Shown one piece after another: positions 61,653 to 64,000 of a stretch of DNA of 64,000 nucleotides. Every line of letters begins with the position of its first letter. Within the stretch, counting starts at the first letter, position 1. The position numbers were made by a program, and so were the translations under genes. Below the pieces are notes generated by a model that saw only the letters and a list, made by a program, of their open reading frames with translations, ran no database searches and was not told the DNA's origin. Source of the stretch: Nitrospirales bacterium (GTDB lineage: Bacteria; Nitrospirota; Nitrospiria; Nitrospirales; UBA8639). Location of the stretch: positions 128,001 through 192,000 of the forward strand of contig CBDBCZ010000018.1 in the NCBI GenBank assembly GCA_965203295.1. The letters are read 5' to 3'.

Positions 61653-64000
61653 GGGTATACATTCGACTACAGATTTTTCTATCAATTTTTTGCAATCAAA
61701 TCACGCTTAGGTGAATTAGTTGAAAACTGCAGTAAAAAAGTGGGTGGGGCTCGAAAGGGTGGGGCTAGGTACTACCGTAGTTACGTAAAGTACAGAATTG
61801 TAGCCCAAATTATCGGACTTGTGAGTAACTGAGAGTAACGATTCCACCGTCACAAGGTGAGATTTCAGGAGGACTACAAACTCACGTTAGCCTTTCCCGG
61901 AATATTGCATCTTTGGGTTGCAATGAGCCATCAAAAACGCGATCAGGAGAAGCCCCTGGCGCTCTGGCTACCAGTTGCGGATTAGCAAAAGCTAACGTAA
62001 ATATTAATTATTCCTCCCGAAGACTCAAATGCATCAATCGGCGTTGGCATACCTCAATTCGTTGTCCGATAATCAGCACTACCGGGAATCGCTTGAGTAG
62101 CTGAGTTATTACAAGTTATAAAAAAAGTTTTACGACTTTGTCCGGATAATAAGATATACCGTAAATAGGAACAGTTTGGAATTACGAAAGATTATAGCTG
62201 GTTAATGTAAGTTACAAGGGAAAAAGTTACCATAGGTTGTACAGAAAATAAGGTATGCCGTAAATCGTGAGCATTGGATAATGGATCATGGAACACTGGA
62301 ATCCGTAAGCCCACCCACTTTGAAATGGAACGGAATTCTAAGGATCTGCACGTGGTAACTTGCAAAAGTGACTGCATCGTTGATTCATTCGTTCGTTCGT
62401 GAATCATGCTTTCCAGAGATGCGATTTATCGTCGTAGACGAAACCCTCACTCTAGTAAGAGCGAGAGGTTTTGTCTTTTGAGAGCCAAACGAGAAGAATC
62501 ATCCACCGCTGAGGTGGATGGGCGAGGTATGGGAGAAGGCGGGGGAGAGGTAAGGATAATGGTAGGGGGAGAGGGAGAAGGCGGGAGAGAGGTAGGGATA
62601 GTTGAAGGGGGAGGAGAGGGAGGGGTGATAGAAGGGGGAGAGAGAGGGATAGTGGAGGAGGGAGATGGAGAGGGTGGGGAAGTGGTAGGGAGGGTGGGAG
62701 AAGGTGGGGGAGAGGTAAGGGTGGAAGGGGGAGAGGAAGAGGGAGAGATGGGAGAGTGGGAAGAGGGAGGGATGGGAGAGGGGAAGAGGGGGGTTTTACC
62801 AGTAGCAATAACGAACCTGAGACTCCCATGGGGAAAAGAAAGCATGCTCCTGAGTGTGAATTTCTTCCCACTCCTGTGAGAAGAAAGCTTCTCACGGAAG
62901 ACCCTGCGATGGCCACTGCATTTATAGGTGACAGTTCTCACATTCAGGATTTTGTAGACCAGGTGAACTGCACAAGCAAATGTAGTTCACCTGGTTGCAG
63001 TGGACAATTAGCAGTTGTTTGCAAAAAAGCTCAGGGTCTAGGAGGGGCGATTGAAGTAGCATACCAATGTAACGGCTGTCTAGCTCGCTCTTTGACTTTC
63101 CGTACTTCGGTGGTGGGAAAAGTTAGTCAACAGCCACTACTAAGTGTAGCCATCCAGGTAGCTTTCATCTGTGGTGGTTCCACTTATGCCCATTACCATA
63201 AAGAGCTGGGGAGAGCCTTGGGGATGTGTACTGTAGATGAAAAGGGGTTTTACAAAACCCTCCAGCTCATGTACCCCCACTGTAAAGCCATTTTGAATGG
63301 CATGTGCCAAGAGGCCAAAGAAGAAATGAAGGCCATGAAGCCCAGTGAGCTTGGGAGTTGGGAGCGTGCAGTTACTAGCGGTGATGCAGCTTGGCTGATT
63401 AGGGGGTATCATAGCCAAAACTGCACTTTTCATGTGCGTAACTACATGAATGGTGCTGTGCTGTACTATCGCCACCTCTGCCAAAGGGGCAAGGATACAG
63501 TGGTGGAGGGAGACCTTTACCAGGGTACTTCAAAGTTTGCTGAAGGCTATGGAGCTTCCATGGTCTTCGAGCAGGCTAAGAAAGAAGGCCTGCAGATTGA
63601 GGTTCACTTTGAGGATGGAGATTCCTCGAGCCCTCTATCTCTTAAGGAATTTTATCCTGAAACACAATTGATGCTCTGTGGGGGTCATGGTGCTCGTAGC
63701 CATGAGAAACAATTGAAAAACTTGCAGAAACGCAAGTTTTTCAGTAGTGATGAGAAGAAGCAGTATAGAAAGAAGTACCCAAATATTGACAGTGCAGAGT
63801 GTCACTGCATCAATAGACACGCTTACAAAGCGGGATGTGGGTGCTTCTCGGATGGCTTCATCAAGCAGGCTAGATAAAACTTTACTGCAGCTCTGTTTGG
63901 TGCAGTGACTGATGCAGACAAGTTTGCTCGCACCATGAGGTGTCTGGGTGAGCATCATGCCAGAAATGAGCATGAGTGGGAGGGAGGGCACTGTGAGTTT
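61653..64000 (+). mobile_element. Second Kolobok/Mutator-like DNA transposon, runs off the window
   Basis: Candidate left end TTAA|GGGTATACATTCG at 61653, upstream of the transposase. Confidence 0.5.
62406..64000 (+). pseudogene. Divergent Kolobok/Mutator-like DDE transposase, probably disrupted
   Basis: CSSPGC...GLGG...CNGC, VTSGDAAWLIRGYHSQN, LYQGTSKFAEG, HFEDGDSSS, LCGGH. The TAA at 63875 is followed in frame by NFTAAL...HHARNEHEWEGGHCEF. A frameshift separates the G/E-rich N-terminus (62406-62879). Confidence 0.72.

Noticed and set aside
62447..62941. Pro/Ser-rich and Leu/Pro-rich minus-strand ORFs
   Set aside because: Complement of the G-rich purine tract of the + strand transposase.

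Overview
Eukaryotic, almost certainly animal, repeat-dense DNA. It has 75-135 bp GT-AG introns and (TAACCC)n-like tracts; an invertebrate such as a sponge is a tentative guess only. No clearly intact host gene is visible. In order, the window holds: the 3' part of a decayed Ty3/Gypsy LTR retrotransposon with PPT and 3' LTR; fragments of a Penelope-like element (PLE) with GIY-YIG endonuclease, N-terminal domain, RT and a minimal hammerhead ribozyme; an intron-containing Ginger-type integrase transposon; two Kolobok/Mutator-like DDE transposase pseudogenes; and seven MITEs with visible TIRs and TSDs. It also holds a ~7 kb tandem triplication carrying a ~767 bp exon-intron-like repeat and an OTU protease pseudogene, a 10.5 kb quasi-palindromic 41 bp satellite with higher-order repeats, and a C14orf93/DUF4616-like spliced gene. 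The most unusual signal is eight segments of one tyrosine-recombinase family spread over about 49 kb: four diverged catalytic domains and four C-terminal pieces. They have no linked RT, share a helical C-terminal tail, and repeatedly lie near telomere-like tracts and AAAGGACA motifs. This could be the remains of a large, poorly described tyrosine-recombinase DNA element family with cargo genes. All family assignments come from motif recognition by eye; no searches were run.
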